DNA of 64,000 nt from Spirochaetia bacterium (GCA_965203055.1 OZ241863.1:3520001-3584000); one strand, 5' to 3'. Counted from the stretch's first letter, positions 21,028-31,805 are shown. A program made the numbers and translations. Notes: a model not told the origin generated them from the letters alone.

Positions 21028-22710
21028 CTACATCCGCTGCAGGGGTTCGATCCCCAGCAGGGTGAGGCAGTTGGCCAGCACCTGGCGGGTCGCCGCGGCG
21101 AGCAGCAGGCGCGCCTCGCGCAGGGGAGAGGGCGCCTGCAGAATCGGGCAGGCGTGATAGAAGCTGGAAAACTGGCGCGCTACGGCAAAGGTGTAGCCGG
21201 CGATCACGTGCGGGCTGCGCACCCGCAGCGCGCGCGCCACCTGGTCCGGCAATTCGGCCAGCAGCTTGATCAACGCCGCTTCCTCGGGCGCCTGCAGGGT
21301 GGCAAACTCCGCGCCGGCGGGCAGCGGCCGGCCATACTTGCGCAGAATGGAACAGATCCGGGCGTGGCTGTAGAGCAGGTAGGGGCCGCTTTCGCCCTCG
21401 AAGGCCATGGCCGCGTCCCAGTCGAACGTCACCTGCTTGTCGTTGGCGACCCGCAGAAAGGAATACTTCAACGCGCTGTAGGCCACCGCCTTGGCCGCCG
21501 CGGCATCGCCGGCGTGGCCGCGCGCCGCCAACTCGGCGCCGGCCTTGCGCTTGGCCTCGGCCACGAACTCCTCCAGCAGCACCAGGTTGCCCTCGCGGGT
21601 CGACATGGAGCCCTTGCCCAGCAGCACGTAGCTGTAATGCACCGCCGCGGGGGCGGACGCGCCGAGCAGGGCGAGGGCCGCCTCCAGTTGGCGGTGGTAC
21701 AACTTCTGGTCTTCGCCCAGCACCACCAGGTTGAGATCGGCGGCCGCGGCCATCTTGTCCAGGGTGTACGCCAGGTCGCGCAGCACGTAGAGGGAGGTCT
21801 TGTTGCCGCGCGTAATCACCAGCACCGGGTTGCGCGACGGGAGCTCGAAGCCCTCCAGGTCGAGCGCCAGCCGGCCATGCTCATCTTCGAACAGCTTGCC
21901 GGTGGCGCGTAACTGCGCCACGAGCTGCTCGTGGCGCTCCGGCGTCAGGTAGTCGGACTCGTAATCGAAGCGGTCGTAGCGGACGCCCGCATCCCCGAAC
22001 AGCTCGCGCATGCCGCGCACCGAGATGTCGACCACGCGCCGAAACGCCGCGCGGGTCTGCCGGTCGCCGCTCTCGAGGCGCTCCAGCAGCCGGTTCACCT
22101 CCCCTTCCAGCGCGGGGTCCTGCTCCAGCCGCCGGTTGGCGGCGACGTAGACCTCCAGCAACTCCCGGAAGTCGGGCTGCCGGTCGCCAACGCCGGCGAC
22201 CAGCAGCGCGATCTGGCGGCCCACGTCGTTGACGAAGAAGCGCGCCTCCGGGGCGTACCCCTCGAAGCGCAGCAGGCGTACCAGGGTGTCGCCGATCCAG
22301 GCGTTGCGGGCGCGGCCCAGGTGCGGCGGCGCATTGGGATTGATGCTGGTGTGCTCCACCAGCGCGCGCTTGCCGGTTCCCGTGCCGCGCGCGCCATAGC
22401 CGGCGCCCGCGCCGAGGATGGCGCCGATTACCCGCGCCGCCAGCTCACCCTTCGCCAGGTGGACGTTCAGGTAGGGCCCATGGGCCTCCACCTTGGCGAT
22501 GCCGTGCGCCGCCAGGTCGCGTTCCCGCAGGCGGTCGCGAATCCGCTCCGCCAGCGGCACCGGCGCCATGCCCACCTGCCGGGCCAACCGGAAGCAGGGC
22601 ACCGCGTAATCCCCCAGGGCGCTGTCCGGCGGCGTGGACAGCGGTACCTCAACTTCCTGCCCCACCGCCTCGCGCACGAGGCGCACCAGGGTGTCGCTCA
22701 CCTTTCCCAC
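21028..22710 (-). CDS. argS: Arginine--tRNA ligase
   Basis: GDYAVPCF, GPYLN, VEHTSINPNAPPHLGRARN (HIGH-like), MSTREG, FEGESGPYLLYSHAR, LLGIEPLQRM. Confidence 0.95.
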   Translation of the reverse strand: MGKVSDTLVRLVREAVGQEVEVPLSTPPDSALGDYAVPCFRLARQVGMAPVPLAERIRDRLRERDLAAHGIAKVEAHGPYLNVHLAKGELAARVIGAILGAGAGYGARGTGTGKRALVEHTSINPNAPPHLGRARNAWIGDTLVRLLRFEGYAPEARFFVNDVGRQIALLVAGVGDRQPDFRELLEVYVAANRRLEQDPALEGEVNRLLERLESGDRQTRAAFRRVVDISVRGMRELFGDAGVRYDRFDYESDYLTPERHEQLVAQLRATGKLFEDEHGRLALDLEGFELPSRNPVLVITRGNKTSLYVLRDLAYTLDKMAAAADLNLVVLGEDQKLYHRQLEAALALLGASAPAAVHYSYVLLGKGSMSTREGNLVLLEEFVAEAKRKAGAELAARGHAGDAAAAKAVAYSALKYSFLRVANDKQVTFDWDAAMAFEGESGPYLLYSHARICSILRKYGRPLPAGAEFATLQAPEEAALIKLLAELPDQVARALRVRSPHVIAGYTFAVARQFSSFYHACPILQAPSPLREARLLLAAATRQVLANCLTLLGIEPLQRM

Positions 22711-22834
22711 GGTGGCGCGACCTTACCCAATCGGACCGCGCCGCCACAACAGCAACCGCCAGCCGGCCGGCCGCGGCTTCGATTCAATGGACCGCCGCGG
22801 CGGCGCCATGCTACACATTGGGCGCGGCGCGGAG

Positions 22835-23227
22835 ATGGAACGAGTTACCCGACAACGCAACGTGATTCGCGCCGCCGTGGAGTCCGCCGGGCGGCCGTTG
22901 AGCCCCTCCGAGCTGTATGCCGCGGCGCGCGCCAAGCTGCCGGGCCTCGGCCTCGCCACCGTGTACCGCGCCATCCGCGACCTGGTGGCAAGCGGCTGGC
23001 TGCGGGTGGTGGAGGTACCAGGCGAGACGGGGCGCTACGAGCGCGCGGGGAAACCGCATCACCACCACTTCCTGTGCCGCAGTTGCGACTCGCTGTGGGA
23101 GGTACCCGCCTGCCCTATCGGAATCGAACGACTTGCCCCCCGCGGCTTCGTTACCGAAGACCACGAAATCACGCTGTTCGGGCTCTGCGGCGAGTGCGGC
23201 TCCCGCGGGCCCCGCGAATCTCAGTAG
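22835..23227 (+). CDS. Fur-family repressor (Zur-like)
   Basis: TRQR, LATVYR, HHHHFLCRSC, GLCGEC; GGAG SD. Confidence 0.92.
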   Translation: MERVTRQRNVIRAAVESAGRPLSPSELYAAARAKLPGLGLATVYRAIRDLVASGWLRVVEVPGETGRYERAGKPHHHHFLCRSCDSLWEVPACPIGIERLAPRGFVTEDHEITLFGLCGECGSRGPRESQ

Positions 23228-23269
23228 GCGAACCCGCCGCGCGCCCAGCGCGCCCACCCATCCCCATTA

Positions 23270-23299
23270 TTGACCTTGATAATTCATTATCATTATAGT
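23270..23299 (+). promoter_or_regulatory. Promoter with embedded Fur-family operator
   Basis: TTGACC(23270)-18 nt-TATAGT(23294); inverted repeat TGATAAT-TC-ATTATCA at 23277-23292 lies in the spacer. Confidence 0.8.
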
Positions 23300-23306
23300 T
23301 GGCGGC

Positions 23307-24479
23307 ATGACAGGTAATGTTGCAACCACCATGGCGGCGCGCGCCTGCGCCGTCGCCTTCGCTCTCGTAGCGGCCCTGGGATTCGCCGAAGGCGAACCGG
23401 AGGCGCGCGGCGATCGGGTGGCGGTCGTCGCCACCACCACCATCGCCGGGGACATCGTCTCCCGGATCGGCGGAGAACAGATCTCCCTGTACGTGATGCT
23501 GCCGGTCGGCTCCGACCCGCACCTCTTTCAGCCAACGCCCCGCGATGCCCGCCAGGTAGCGGACGCAGCCGTCGTATTCATCAACGGCGCCGGCCTCGAA
23601 GCCGAATTCCTGGGCAACCTGCTCACCAACGTCGAACCGCGCCGGTTGGTGGATCTGTCCTCCAATCTGGAGCTCCGGCGTCTGGAGGGCGGGCATGACG
23701 AACACGGGTATGAAGAAGACGAACACGACGAGGGCGAGGAGCACGATCACGACGGCGAAGAACACGACGACGGCGAAGAACACGACGAAGACGAAGAACA
23801 TGACGAAGACGAAGGGCATGATGAAGACGAACATGATGAAGACGAGCACGACGAAGACGAGCACGACGAAGACGAGGAGCACGATCACGACGGCGAAGAA
23901 CACGACGAGGGCGAGGAGCACGATCACGAACATGCGCACGGCGACTTCGACCCGCACGTGTGGATGGACCCGACGCTGATCGCCGCCTGGACGCCGGCAA
24001 TCGCCGCGGCGCTGTCCGAGGCGGATCCCGGGTCCGCCGGCGCCTACGCCGAGCGCGCGGCCGCGCTGGCGGCCGAGCTGCACGAGCTGGACGCGTGGGT
24101 CCGGGAACGGGTCGCCGCGGTGCCGGTGCCGGAACGCATCCTGATCACCGACCACGACGTGCTCGGATACTTCGCCGACCGGTACCAATTCTCGGTTCTC
24201 GACACCATCATCCCGGGATTCAGCACCGCGTCAGAGCCGTCGGCGCGGCACCTGGCGGCGTTGCGCGACGCGATCTCCGAACACGCCGTGCCGGCAATCT
24301 TCGTCGGCCTCACGGTCAGTCCGCGAGCGGCGGAGGTAGTCGCCGAGGACCTGGGCATCGAGGTGGTTTCGATCTACACCGGTTCGCTGGGCGAACCGGA
24401 CGGCCCGGCGGCCACCTACCAGGACTTCATCCGCACCAACGTCGAGCGCATCGTCACCGCGCTTGGCGGCCCGGAGTAG
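23307..24479 (+). CDS. Zn/Mn ABC transporter substrate-binding protein (ZnuA/TroA family)
   Basis: VVATTTI, GSDPHLFQPTP, INGAGLE, DPHVWMDP, ITDHDVLGYFADRY, SEPSA; long His/acidic loop. Confidence 0.93.
   Translation: MTGNVATTMAARACAVAFALVAALGFAEGEPEARGDRVAVVATTTIAGDIVSRIGGEQISLYVMLPVGSDPHLFQPTPRDARQVADAAVVFINGAGLEAEFLGNLLTNVEPRRLVDLSSNLELRRLEGGHDEHGYEEDEHDEGEEHDHDGEEHDDGEEHDEDEEHDEDEGHDEDEHDEDEHDEDEHDEDEEHDHDGEEHDEGEEHDHEHAHGDFDPHVWMDPTLIAAWTPAIAAALSEADPGSAGAYAERAAALAAELHELDAWVRERVAAVPVPERILITDHDVLGYFADRYQFSVLDTIIPGFSTASEPSARHLAALRDAISEHAVPAIFVGLTVSPRAAEVVAEDLGIEVVSIYTGSLGEPDGPAATYQDFIRTNVERIVTALGGPE
23694..23945 (+). repeat. Degenerate 15-24 bp tandem repeats encoding an HDEDE/HDGEE loop
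   Basis: Recurrent gaacacgacga / gagcacgacgaagac / gaggagcacgatcacga units. Confidence 0.9.
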
Positions 24480-24554
24480 CGCGGCGGAGTAGCGCGGCCT
24501 GCGGTCAGGCGCCGGCAAGGGCACCGGCGTCGGACCGCAGGCGCTGCGCTTCCA

Positions 24555-24583
24555 CCAGCCGGCGGCAGATCGCCGCCGGCTGG
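24555..24583. terminator. Perfect 12-bp hairpin between convergent transcription units
   Basis: CCAGCCGGCGGC-AGATC-GCCGCCGGCTGG; no clear U tract. Confidence 0.5.
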
Positions 24584-24799
24584 CAGGTCAGTCATTCCGA
24601 ATATATCTCATGATTTCGCTCACACACTCGTCCAACGGACGCGAGGCATCCACCTCGAAATGACCAGCCCGCGGCCGCTTGTTCTTCCGTACCCACTCGC
24701 GAAACATGTCCGGCCCCGATTTTCCGCTCTCGTCCGGCGCCCGGCCGACCGGCTCGTTCCAGACATCGACAAACTGACTCGGAAGCGGCGAACGTCCCC

Positions 24800-26047
24800 T
24801 CAGACGCCGGTGTAGCGGCGGAAGGCGAGCACGGCGTTGTGGCCGCCGAAGCCGAACGAGTTGGAAAGCGCCGCCTTGATGGTCCCGGAACGGCCCTCGT
24901 TGGGGACGTAGTCCAGGTCGCAGGCGGGGTCCGGCTGCTCGTAGTTGATGGTGGGGGGAAAGAACTGGTCGCGCACGGCAAGCGCGGTGGCCACCGCCTC
25001 CACCGCCCCGGCGGCGCCGAGCAGATGGCCCACCATCGACTTGGTGGAGGACACCTTGAGGCGGGACGCATGGCTGCCGAACACCTGCTTGATGGCCGCG
25101 GTCTCGGTGGCGTCGTTGAGCTGGGTGGAGGTGCCGTGGGCGTTGACGTAGTCCACCTCGTCCGGCGCCAGGCCGCCGGTGGTCAGGGCCATGCGCATGG
25201 CGTTGACGGCGCCGAGCCCCTCGGGATGGGGCGCCGTGAGGTGGTTGGCGTCGCAGGTGGCGCCGTAGCCCGACAGTTCGGCGTAGATCGGCGCGCCCCG
25301 CCGGCGCGCGTGCTCCAGCTCTTCCAGCACCAGGATGCCGGCGCCCTCGCCGAGCACGAAGCCGTCGCGCGCGCCGTCGAAGGGGCGGCTGGCGCGCGCC
25401 GGGTCGTCATTGTACCTGGTGCTCACTGCCTGCAGCACGCAGAACCCGGCCAGCGCCAACGCCGACACCGGCGCCTCGGTACCGCCGCTGAGCATGACGT
25501 CGGTGGCGCCGTCCTTGATCCAGCGGTACGACTCGCCGATGGCGTCGGTGGCCGACGCGCAGGCCGACACCACGGTGTAGGAGGGCCCGTACGCGCCGAT
25601 GCGGATGGCGATGTGGCCGGCCGCGATGTTGCTGATCATCTTCGGCACCAGGAGCGGATGCACCCCCTTCGGCCCGCGCGCGAACAGGTGCTTGAATTCC
25701 AGTTCCAGGGTGTCCATGCCGCCGAAGCCGACGCCCAGCAGCACGCCGGTGCGTTCCGGGTCGAGCGCGTCAGGAGCCAGCCCGGCGTCTTCCAGCGACT
25801 GCATCGCGGCGACGATGGCAAAGCGGGAGAACAGATCCATGCGGCGCGATTCGCGCGACTCCAACACGTGGCGATCGTTGAAGTCGATGATCTCGCCGGC
25901 TACGCGGCTGGAGAAGTCGCCGGCGTCGAACCTGGTCACCGGGCCAATGCCGGACTCCCCCGCCCGCGCCCGTTGCCAGAACGTGCCGGTGTCCTTGCCC
26001 AGCGGATTCACCGTACCGAGGCCGGTGATCACCACTCGCCTGCTCAT
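24800..26047 (-). CDS. fabF: Beta-ketoacyl-ACP synthase II
   Basis: RRVVITGLG, VSACAS, SRPFDGARDGFVLGEGAG, NAHGTST, KSMVGHLLGAAG, SNSFGFGGHN. Confidence 0.96.
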   Translation of the reverse strand: MSRRVVITGLGTVNPLGKDTGTFWQRARAGESGIGPVTRFDAGDFSSRVAGEIIDFNDRHVLESRESRRMDLFSRFAIVAAMQSLEDAGLAPDALDPERTGVLLGVGFGGMDTLELEFKHLFARGPKGVHPLLVPKMISNIAAGHIAIRIGAYGPSYTVVSACASATDAIGESYRWIKDGATDVMLSGGTEAPVSALALAGFCVLQAVSTRYNDDPARASRPFDGARDGFVLGEGAGILVLEELEHARRRGAPIYAELSGYGATCDANHLTAPHPEGLGAVNAMRMALTTGGLAPDEVDYVNAHGTSTQLNDATETAAIKQVFGSHASRLKVSSTKSMVGHLLGAAGAVEAVATALAVRDQFFPPTINYEQPDPACDLDYVPNEGRSGTIKAALSNSFGFGGHNAVLAFRRYTGV

Positions 26048-26111
26048 CCGCGTCTCCTCCAGAGGCACCGCATTCTAACCAAACTCCGGCGCGCCAGTCT
26101 CGCCAGCGCCT

Positions 26112-26861
26112 TCAGATCGCCAGGCCGCCGTCGACCTGAATGACCTGTCCGGTGATGTAGGAAGCCCGCTCGCCGGCCAGGAAGCAGATCAGTTCCGCCA
26201 CGTCCTGCGCGCGGCCGGTGCGCTTCAAGGGAATCATCTCCAGCACCGCGCGGCGCGCCTGCTCCGGCATGGAACGGGTCATGTCGGTGTCGATGTAGCC
26301 GGGCGCCACCACGTTGACGCGCACGCCGCGGCCGCCCACCTCCCGCGCCAGGCTCTTCGAAAAGCCGATGATGCCGGCCTTGGAGGCGGCGTAGTTGGTC
26401 TGACCGGGGTTGCCGCGCAGCCCGCTGACCGAAGACAGGTTGATGATTGCCCCCGACCGGGCGCGCAGCATGGCCCGCGCGACCTCGCGCGAGGTGACGA
26501 AGGTGGCCGTCAGGTTGGCCTGCAGCACCGCGTCCCAGGCCTCGCGCCGCATGCGCATGACCAAGCCGTCGCGGGTGATGCCGGCGTTGTTGACCAACAC
26601 GTCGACGCGGCCGTGCGCGTCCAGGACGCCGGCGACGCCGGCGACGATGGCCGCCTCGTCGGTCACGTCGGTCTGCCGCCAGTGCAGCGCCGCGCCGTTG
26701 GCCGCGGCGCGCTGCTGCCACTCGGCGTGGGCCGCCGCCTCGGCCCGCGACCAGTAGTGGACGGTGGCGCCGGCGCGCAGCAACGTCTCCACCACGGCGG
26801 CGCCAATGCCGCGCGAGCCGCCGGTGACCAGCGCGATCTTGCCGTGCAACTCTCTCCCCAT
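26112..26861 (-). CDS. fabG: 3-oxoacyl-ACP reductase
   Basis: TGGSRGIG, NNAGITRD, GNPGQTNYAASKAG, APGYIDTDMT. Confidence 0.94.
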   Translation of the reverse strand: MGRELHGKIALVTGGSRGIGAAVVETLLRAGATVHYWSRAEAAAHAEWQQRAAANGAALHWRQTDVTDEAAIVAGVAGVLDAHGRVDVLVNNAGITRDGLVMRMRREAWDAVLQANLTATFVTSREVARAMLRARSGAIINLSSVSGLRGNPGQTNYAASKAGIIGFSKSLAREVGGRGVRVNVVAPGYIDTDMTRSMPEQARRAVLEMIPLKRTGRAQDVAELICFLAGERASYITGQVIQVDGGLAI

Positions 26862-26880
26862 CAGTTCACCTCAGCTCGGT

Positions 26881-27819
26881 TCACCCGGCGCGCGCCGCGG
26901 CCTCGACCTGCTCCATGGTTCCCACCGGAGTGCACTCGACGCCGCCGGTGTCGAAGCCGCGCAGCAACCCGGTCAGCACCGAACCGGGACCGGTTTCCAG
27001 GAAGCGCCCGTAGCCGGCCGCCAGCAACGACTGTATCTCCGTCACCCACTGCACGCCGGATACGATCTGCTCGACGCACAGGCGCCGCGCCTCGGCGCCG
27101 CTCGCCACCAGCCCCCCGGTGACGTTGGCGTACACCGGCGCCGTCGGATCGCGGAACTCGAAGTTGGCCACCACCTCGGCGAACCGCTCCCGCGCGCGCT
27201 CGATGAGGGGCGAATGGAACGGTCCCGACACCTTCAGCCGCACGAAGCGGCGCGCCCCGGCCGCCGCACACGCCGCCTCGGCGCGCGCCAGTCCCTCGAC
27301 GGTACCGGCCAACACCACCTGGCGCGGGCTGGAGAAGTTCGCCGCGTAGACGCCCTCGCCCGCCTCTTGCAGGGCCGCGCTGACCGCCTCCGGGGCCAGC
27401 CCAACGACGGCCGCCATGCCGGCCCGCCCGCCCGCGGTGTCGGCGCCGCGGCTGGCCTGCTCCATCAGCTCGCCGCGCGCCTGCACGATGCGAAACAGGT
27501 CCTCATGGGCAATCACCCCGGCGGCCGCCAGCGCCGCGTACTCGCCGACGCTGAACCCGGCGTAGCCGTGCGCCGCCACGCCGCGCTCGGCCAGCACCCG
27601 CGCCACCGCCGCGTTCACCAGGGTCACCGCGAGCTGGGTGCGGTTGGTGGCCTGCAGCTCGGCCTCGCTGCCGCGGAACAGGAGCGCCTCCAGATCGATT
27701 CCGGTGGCCTCCGAGGCGCTGCGGAACAGCTCCTTGACGCCGGCGCTGGCGTCCCACAGGTCGCGGCCCATACCGGGGTACTGGGCGCCTTGTCCGGGAA
27801 ACAGAAAGCAGGTCTTCAT
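26881..27819 (-). CDS. fabD: Malonyl-CoA:ACP transacylase
   Basis: FPGQGAQ, GFSVGEY (GxSxG), VSGPFHS, ETGPGSVL. Confidence 0.94.
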   Translation of the reverse strand: MKTCFLFPGQGAQYPGMGRDLWDASAGVKELFRSASEATGIDLEALLFRGSEAELQATNRTQLAVTLVNAAVARVLAERGVAAHGYAGFSVGEYAALAAAGVIAHEDLFRIVQARGELMEQASRGADTAGGRAGMAAVVGLAPEAVSAALQEAGEGVYAANFSSPRQVVLAGTVEGLARAEAACAAAGARRFVRLKVSGPFHSPLIERARERFAEVVANFEFRDPTAPVYANVTGGLVASGAEARRLCVEQIVSGVQWVTEIQSLLAAGYGRFLETGPGSVLTGLLRGFDTGGVECTPVGTMEQVEAAARAG

Positions 27820-27859
27820 ATTGGTCGGCGGCGGCCAACGCCGCACGGGCGCGGCGCGG

Positions 27860-27888
27860 AACGTACCACGGCGGCCCCTTGGCGTCAA
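27860..27888 (-). promoter_or_regulatory. Sigma70-like promoter for fabD-fabG-fabF
   Basis: TTGACG-17 nt-TACGTT with a TG extension. Confidence 0.6.
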
Positions 27889-27950
27889 CCACGGCCGCAG
27901 GGTAACAATCTTCCGGTGGGCGCACGGGTGACGCGAAACGGGGCGCGGCG

Positions 27951-29150
27951 ATGACGCGCGGCGTGTATCTGGAGCCGGCGGCGGTGGCGCGCAATCCCGA
28001 GTACGCCGCCAAGCTGGCCGCGGCCGGGGTCGGGATCTTCCTGCTGCGCGCCGGGTTCGATCCGCAGCGCGCCGCGCCGGAGATGGAACGGGCGGTCGCC
28101 GCGGCCGAGCGGCTCGGCGTGGAGGTGTGGCTGCTGGCCGGCACCTGGTGGGGGCACGGCCTCGGCGCCGGCGCCGAAACCATGGCGCTGCCGGCCGAGT
28201 GGCGCGCGCTGGCGCGCCGCGGCCTGCTGGGGGACTATCCCGCCCACGAGCAGCAGTGGCCGATGCGGCCGCCCGGCGGGCGCGCGGACCAAGCCATCGC
28301 GGCCAACCTGGAGCAGCTCGCCCGGCGCTGGGCGCCCCGCGCCATCTGCCTGACCCACGCGCGGTTCCGCCATCCGGCAGCCGTCGGCGGACTGTTCGAG
28401 AGCGCTCCCGGCTGGCCGGCGCCGCCGGCCGCGGCGGCCTGGGAGCGGGTGGCCGCCGCGCTGCGCGGCATCACGCCGCCGCAGTTCGCCGAGTTGAGCG
28501 CCCGGCATGACCTGAGCGGCGCGCTCGACTACCTTGCCGGCCGCGGCGCCGGCGGGGCGAACGGCGCGGCGCCGTTCGCCGACTGGTTCGCGCAGCGCCG
28601 CGCGCGCCTGCAGACCGCGGTGAACGGCCTGCTCGACACGGCGCGCCGGGCCGGCGGTCCGCGCCTGCGCGCCGGGACCAATGCCATCGCCCCGCATGCC
28701 GCGCCGCTCAGCGGCCAGCACTACGGCGAGCTGGCACGGCGCGCAGACTTCGTGCAGCCCTTGCTCGGCTACCTGAACTGGCACGTGTTCCAGTGCGGGG
28801 CGGCGTGGGCGCGGCTGACGCGCCGCGGCGGCGATCTGAGCGAGGAGGACGCGCTGGCCGGGGTGTGGCGGCTGTTCGGACTGGAACCGCTCCACCTGCC
28901 GCGGAGCGAGGCGGAGATGGCCGGCGAAGGCGCCGCGGCGACGATCGAGCAGGTGGCCGGCGCCCTGCTCGACCGGGCGCTGGAGGCCTGCCCCGCGCAA
29001 CGCGTCATGCCGGTGCTGCGCGGCCACGACTGGCCGGGGGCGGTGACGCGCCGCCTGGAGCAACGGGTCCGCGCCGCCGGCTGCCCGGCGGTGTTCTATC
29101 AGGGCACCACCGTGCTGGCCGGGCCGCCGCCGGGGCCGGGGTGGCAGTAG
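27951..29150 (+). CDS. Hypothetical protein, possibly glycoside-hydrolase-like TIM barrel
   Basis: 399 aa with alternating beta/alpha pattern; ICLTHARFRHP and GQHYGELARRADFVQPLLGY. Confidence 0.6.
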   Translation: MTRGVYLEPAAVARNPEYAAKLAAAGVGIFLLRAGFDPQRAAPEMERAVAAAERLGVEVWLLAGTWWGHGLGAGAETMALPAEWRALARRGLLGDYPAHEQQWPMRPPGGRADQAIAANLEQLARRWAPRAICLTHARFRHPAAVGGLFESAPGWPAPPAAAAWERVAAALRGITPPQFAELSARHDLSGALDYLAGRGAGGANGAAPFADWFAQRRARLQTAVNGLLDTARRAGGPRLRAGTNAIAPHAAPLSGQHYGELARRADFVQPLLGYLNWHVFQCGAAWARLTRRGGDLSEEDALAGVWRLFGLEPLHLPRSEAEMAGEGAAATIEQVAGALLDRALEACPAQRVMPVLRGHDWPGAVTRRLEQRVRAAGCPAVFYQGTTVLAGPPPGPGWQ

Positions 29151-29218
29151 GAGGTTGCGAACGCGGGGACCGCGGCGCCTCCCCGCCGGGGCCCGCCGGC
29201 GCGCCGGTTGGCGGACAG

Positions 29219-29247
29219 TTGACCGACAGGCGCATTTGCCCTACACT
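29219..29247 (+). promoter_or_regulatory. Sigma70-like promoter for fabH
   Basis: TTGACC-17 nt-TACACT. Confidence 0.65.
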
Positions 29248-29314
29248 GCGCCAACTGATTTGCATGTCACACCGGTTTGAGAAATTCCAGCATTAACGTT
29301 CCCGGGGGGAGCTG

Positions 29315-30295
29315 ATGGGAGCAGAGATTCGGTCGCTGGGCGCCTACGTACCCAAGCGGCGGATGTCTAATCACGAATTCGAGGCGTTCCTCGACACCTC
29401 CGATGAGTGGATCCAATCGCACACCGGCATCAAGTATCGTCATATTGCCGACGCCGAAGAGGCACCGTCCGATTTGGGATACCGCGCCGCGGTGCAAGCT
29501 CTGGAGCGGGCCGGGATCGGGCCCGACGAGTTGGGGATGGTGTTGGTCGCGACTGCCTCCGGGGACCACGTCGGGTTCCCGTCGACCGCCTGTATCATTC
29601 AGGACAAGCTGGGCGCCGCCAATTGCGCGGCCATGGACCTGTTGGTGGGCTGCACCGGCTTCGTCTACGGCCTGGAGACGGCCAAGGGGCTGATCGCTTC
29701 CGGCGCGGCGCAACACATCCTGGTGGTGGGCAGTGAGGTGCTGACCCGCATCATGGATTGGAAGGACCGCAACACCTGCGTGCTGTTCGGCGACGGCGCC
29801 GGCGCCGCGGTGGTCTCCCACTCCAACAACGGGCACGGCATCCTCGACTCGTTCCTGCGTTCCGACGGGTCGGGGGCCATGGCGCTGGCGCGCGAGGCAG
29901 GGGGGACGCGCAGCCCCTTCAAGCCCGGCAAGACGAGCCATCGGGAGCTGCTCATCAAGATGGAGGGGCGGCTGGTCTACAACTTCGCGGTGCAGGTCAT
30001 CGTCAACACCGTCACCACCATCCTCGAACGCAACCACCTCACCATCGACGACATCAAGTTCATCGTGCCGCACCAAGCCAACGAACGCATCATCGAGGCC
30101 GCCGCCAAGCGCGGCCGCATACCGCGCGAGAAGTTCTACGTCAACATTGCCGAATACGCGAACACCTCCGCCGCCACCATTCCCATAGCGCTGAACGACC
30201 TGGTGGAAAAGGGACTGCTCGAACGCGGCGACCTGATCATGACCGCCGGCTTCGGCGCCGGCCTCACCTTCGGCGGGAACCTGGTGCGCTGGTAG
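29315..30295 (+). CDS. fabH: Beta-ketoacyl-ACP synthase III
   Basis: [48 protein letters not shown]. Confidence 0.96.
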   Translation: MGAEIRSLGAYVPKRRMSNHEFEAFLDTSDEWIQSHTGIKYRHIADAEEAPSDLGYRAAVQALERAGIGPDELGMVLVATASGDHVGFPSTACIIQDKLGAANCAAMDLLVGCTGFVYGLETAKGLIASGAAQHILVVGSEVLTRIMDWKDRNTCVLFGDGAGAAVVSHSNNGHGILDSFLRSDGSGAMALAREAGGTRSPFKPGKTSHRELLIKMEGRLVYNFAVQVIVNTVTTILERNHLTIDDIKFIVPHQANERIIEAAAKRGRIPREKFYVNIAEYANTSAATIPIALNDLVEKGLLERGDLIMTAGFGAGLTFGGNLVRW

Positions 30296-30299
30296 CGGG

Positions 30300-31805
30300 G
30301 TGGCGCCTGCCTGGCGGCGCGTCGCCGCGCTCAAGACGCCGGCCGCCCTGCGCGACTACCTGGGCAGCCTCGGCATCGCGGCGCAGATGCCGTTCGACGA
30401 AGGCGCTGACCTGGCGCCTCTCGCCGCCCCCCTCCCTCTGCCCGGCGGAGGTACCCTCGGCAACCGCTTCTGCATTCAGCCGATGGAAGGCTGGGACGGG
30501 GCCGCGGACGGCACCCCGACCGAGCTGGTGCGGCGCCGGTGGCGAGCCTTCGGCAGCAGCGGCGCCAAGCTGATCTGGGGCGGCGAGGCGACCGCGGTTA
30601 CCCACGCCGGGCGCGCCAACCCCAACCAGTTGCGGCTGGAAGAGGACACCGCGGCGGCGCTGGCGGCGCTGCGCGCGGAGCTGGTGGCGGTCCACGAGGA
30701 ACGGTTCGGGCACAGCGGCGACCTGTTGGTGGGGCTGCAGCTCACCCACTCCGGGCGCTTCTGCCGGCCCAACGACAAGCAGGTCACCGAGCCGGTGACC
30801 CTATACCGCCATCCCCTGCTTGACCGCAAGTTCGGCCTCGCCGCCGGGCATCGGCCCGCGTCCGACGCCGAAGTTGAGGATCTCATCGAACGCTTCATCG
30901 CGGCCGGCGTGTTGGCGTGGCAGGCCGGCTTCGCGTTCGTGGACGTGAAGCACTGCCACGGCTATCTGGGGCACGAGTTCCTCAGCGCCGTGGACCGCCC
31001 GGGACGCTACGGCGGCAGCTTCGAGAACCGCACCCGCTTTCTGCGCGAGGTGGCCGCCGGGCTGCGCCGGCGAGCGCCGGAGCTGCTGCTCGGGGTGCGC
31101 CTCAGCGCCTTCGATCTGATACCGTTCGAACCGCACCCGGACACCAGGGTAGGAACGCCGTCCCGCGTTGCCTCCCGCTACCGGCACGGCTTCGGCGCCG
31201 CCGGCCACGACCCGACGGCGTACGACCTGAGCGAACCGCTGCGCTTCGTCGCCCTGCTGCAGGAGCTGGGCATCTTCCTGCTCAACGTGACCGCCGGCAG
31301 CCCCTACTACACCCCCCACATTCAGCGGCCGGCGCTGTTTCCACCCTCCGACGGCTACCTGCCGCCGGAAGATCCGCTGGTCGGCGTGGCGCGGCAGATC
31401 GAGGTGGTGCGGCAGATCAAGGAACGGTTTCCGGAGATGATCGTGGTGGGCAGCGGCTACAGCTACCTGCAGGAGTGGCTGCCGCACGTGGCCGGCGCCG
31501 GGGTGGCCGCCGGCGGCGTCGACGTGGTGGGCATCGGGCGCATGGCGCTCTCCTACCCGCGGCTGCCGGCCGACCTGCTGGAGGGCCGCGCCCTGCAGCG
31601 CAAACGCATCTGCCGCACCTTCAGCGACTGCACCACGGCGCCCCGCAACGGCCTGATCTCAGGTTGCTTTCCGCTCGACCCGTTCTACAAGGCGCGCGCC
31701 GAGGCGGCGGAGTTGCGACGCCGCAAGCAGGCCGGCGCGGTACGGCCGCCCGCCCGTCCGCCTCAGCCTCGCCGCACCCCCGAGCCGCCGCTCCCGCTAA
31801 CCTGA
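30300..31805 (+). CDS. NADH:flavin oxidoreductase (Old Yellow Enzyme family)
   Basis: [44 protein letters not shown]. Confidence 0.9.
   Translation: MAPAWRRVAALKTPAALRDYLGSLGIAAQMPFDEGADLAPLAAPLPLPGGGTLGNRFCIQPMEGWDGAADGTPTELVRRRWRAFGSSGAKLIWGGEATAVTHAGRANPNQLRLEEDTAAALAALRAELVAVHEERFGHSGDLLVGLQLTHSGRFCRPNDKQVTEPVTLYRHPLLDRKFGLAAGHRPASDAEVEDLIERFIAAGVLAWQAGFAFVDVKHCHGYLGHEFLSAVDRPGRYGGSFENRTRFLREVAAGLRRRAPELLLGVRLSAFDLIPFEPHPDTRVGTPSRVASRYRHGFGAAGHDPTAYDLSEPLRFVALLQELGIFLLNVTAGSPYYTPHIQRPALFPPSDGYLPPEDPLVGVARQIEVVRQIKERFPEMIVVGSGYSYLQEWLPHVAGAGVAAGGVDVVGIGRMALSYPRLPADLLEGRALQRKRICRTFSDCTTAPRNGLISGCFPLDPFYKARAEAAELRRRKQAGAVRPPARPPQPRRTPEPPLPLT

Noticed and set aside
23695..23979. Thr/Lys-rich ORF
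   Set aside because: Alternate-frame reading of the His/Asp/Glu repeat
24473..24498. 13-bp tandem duplication GGAGTAGCGCGGC at the metal-binding gene stop
   Set aside because: No effect on coding and no associated element
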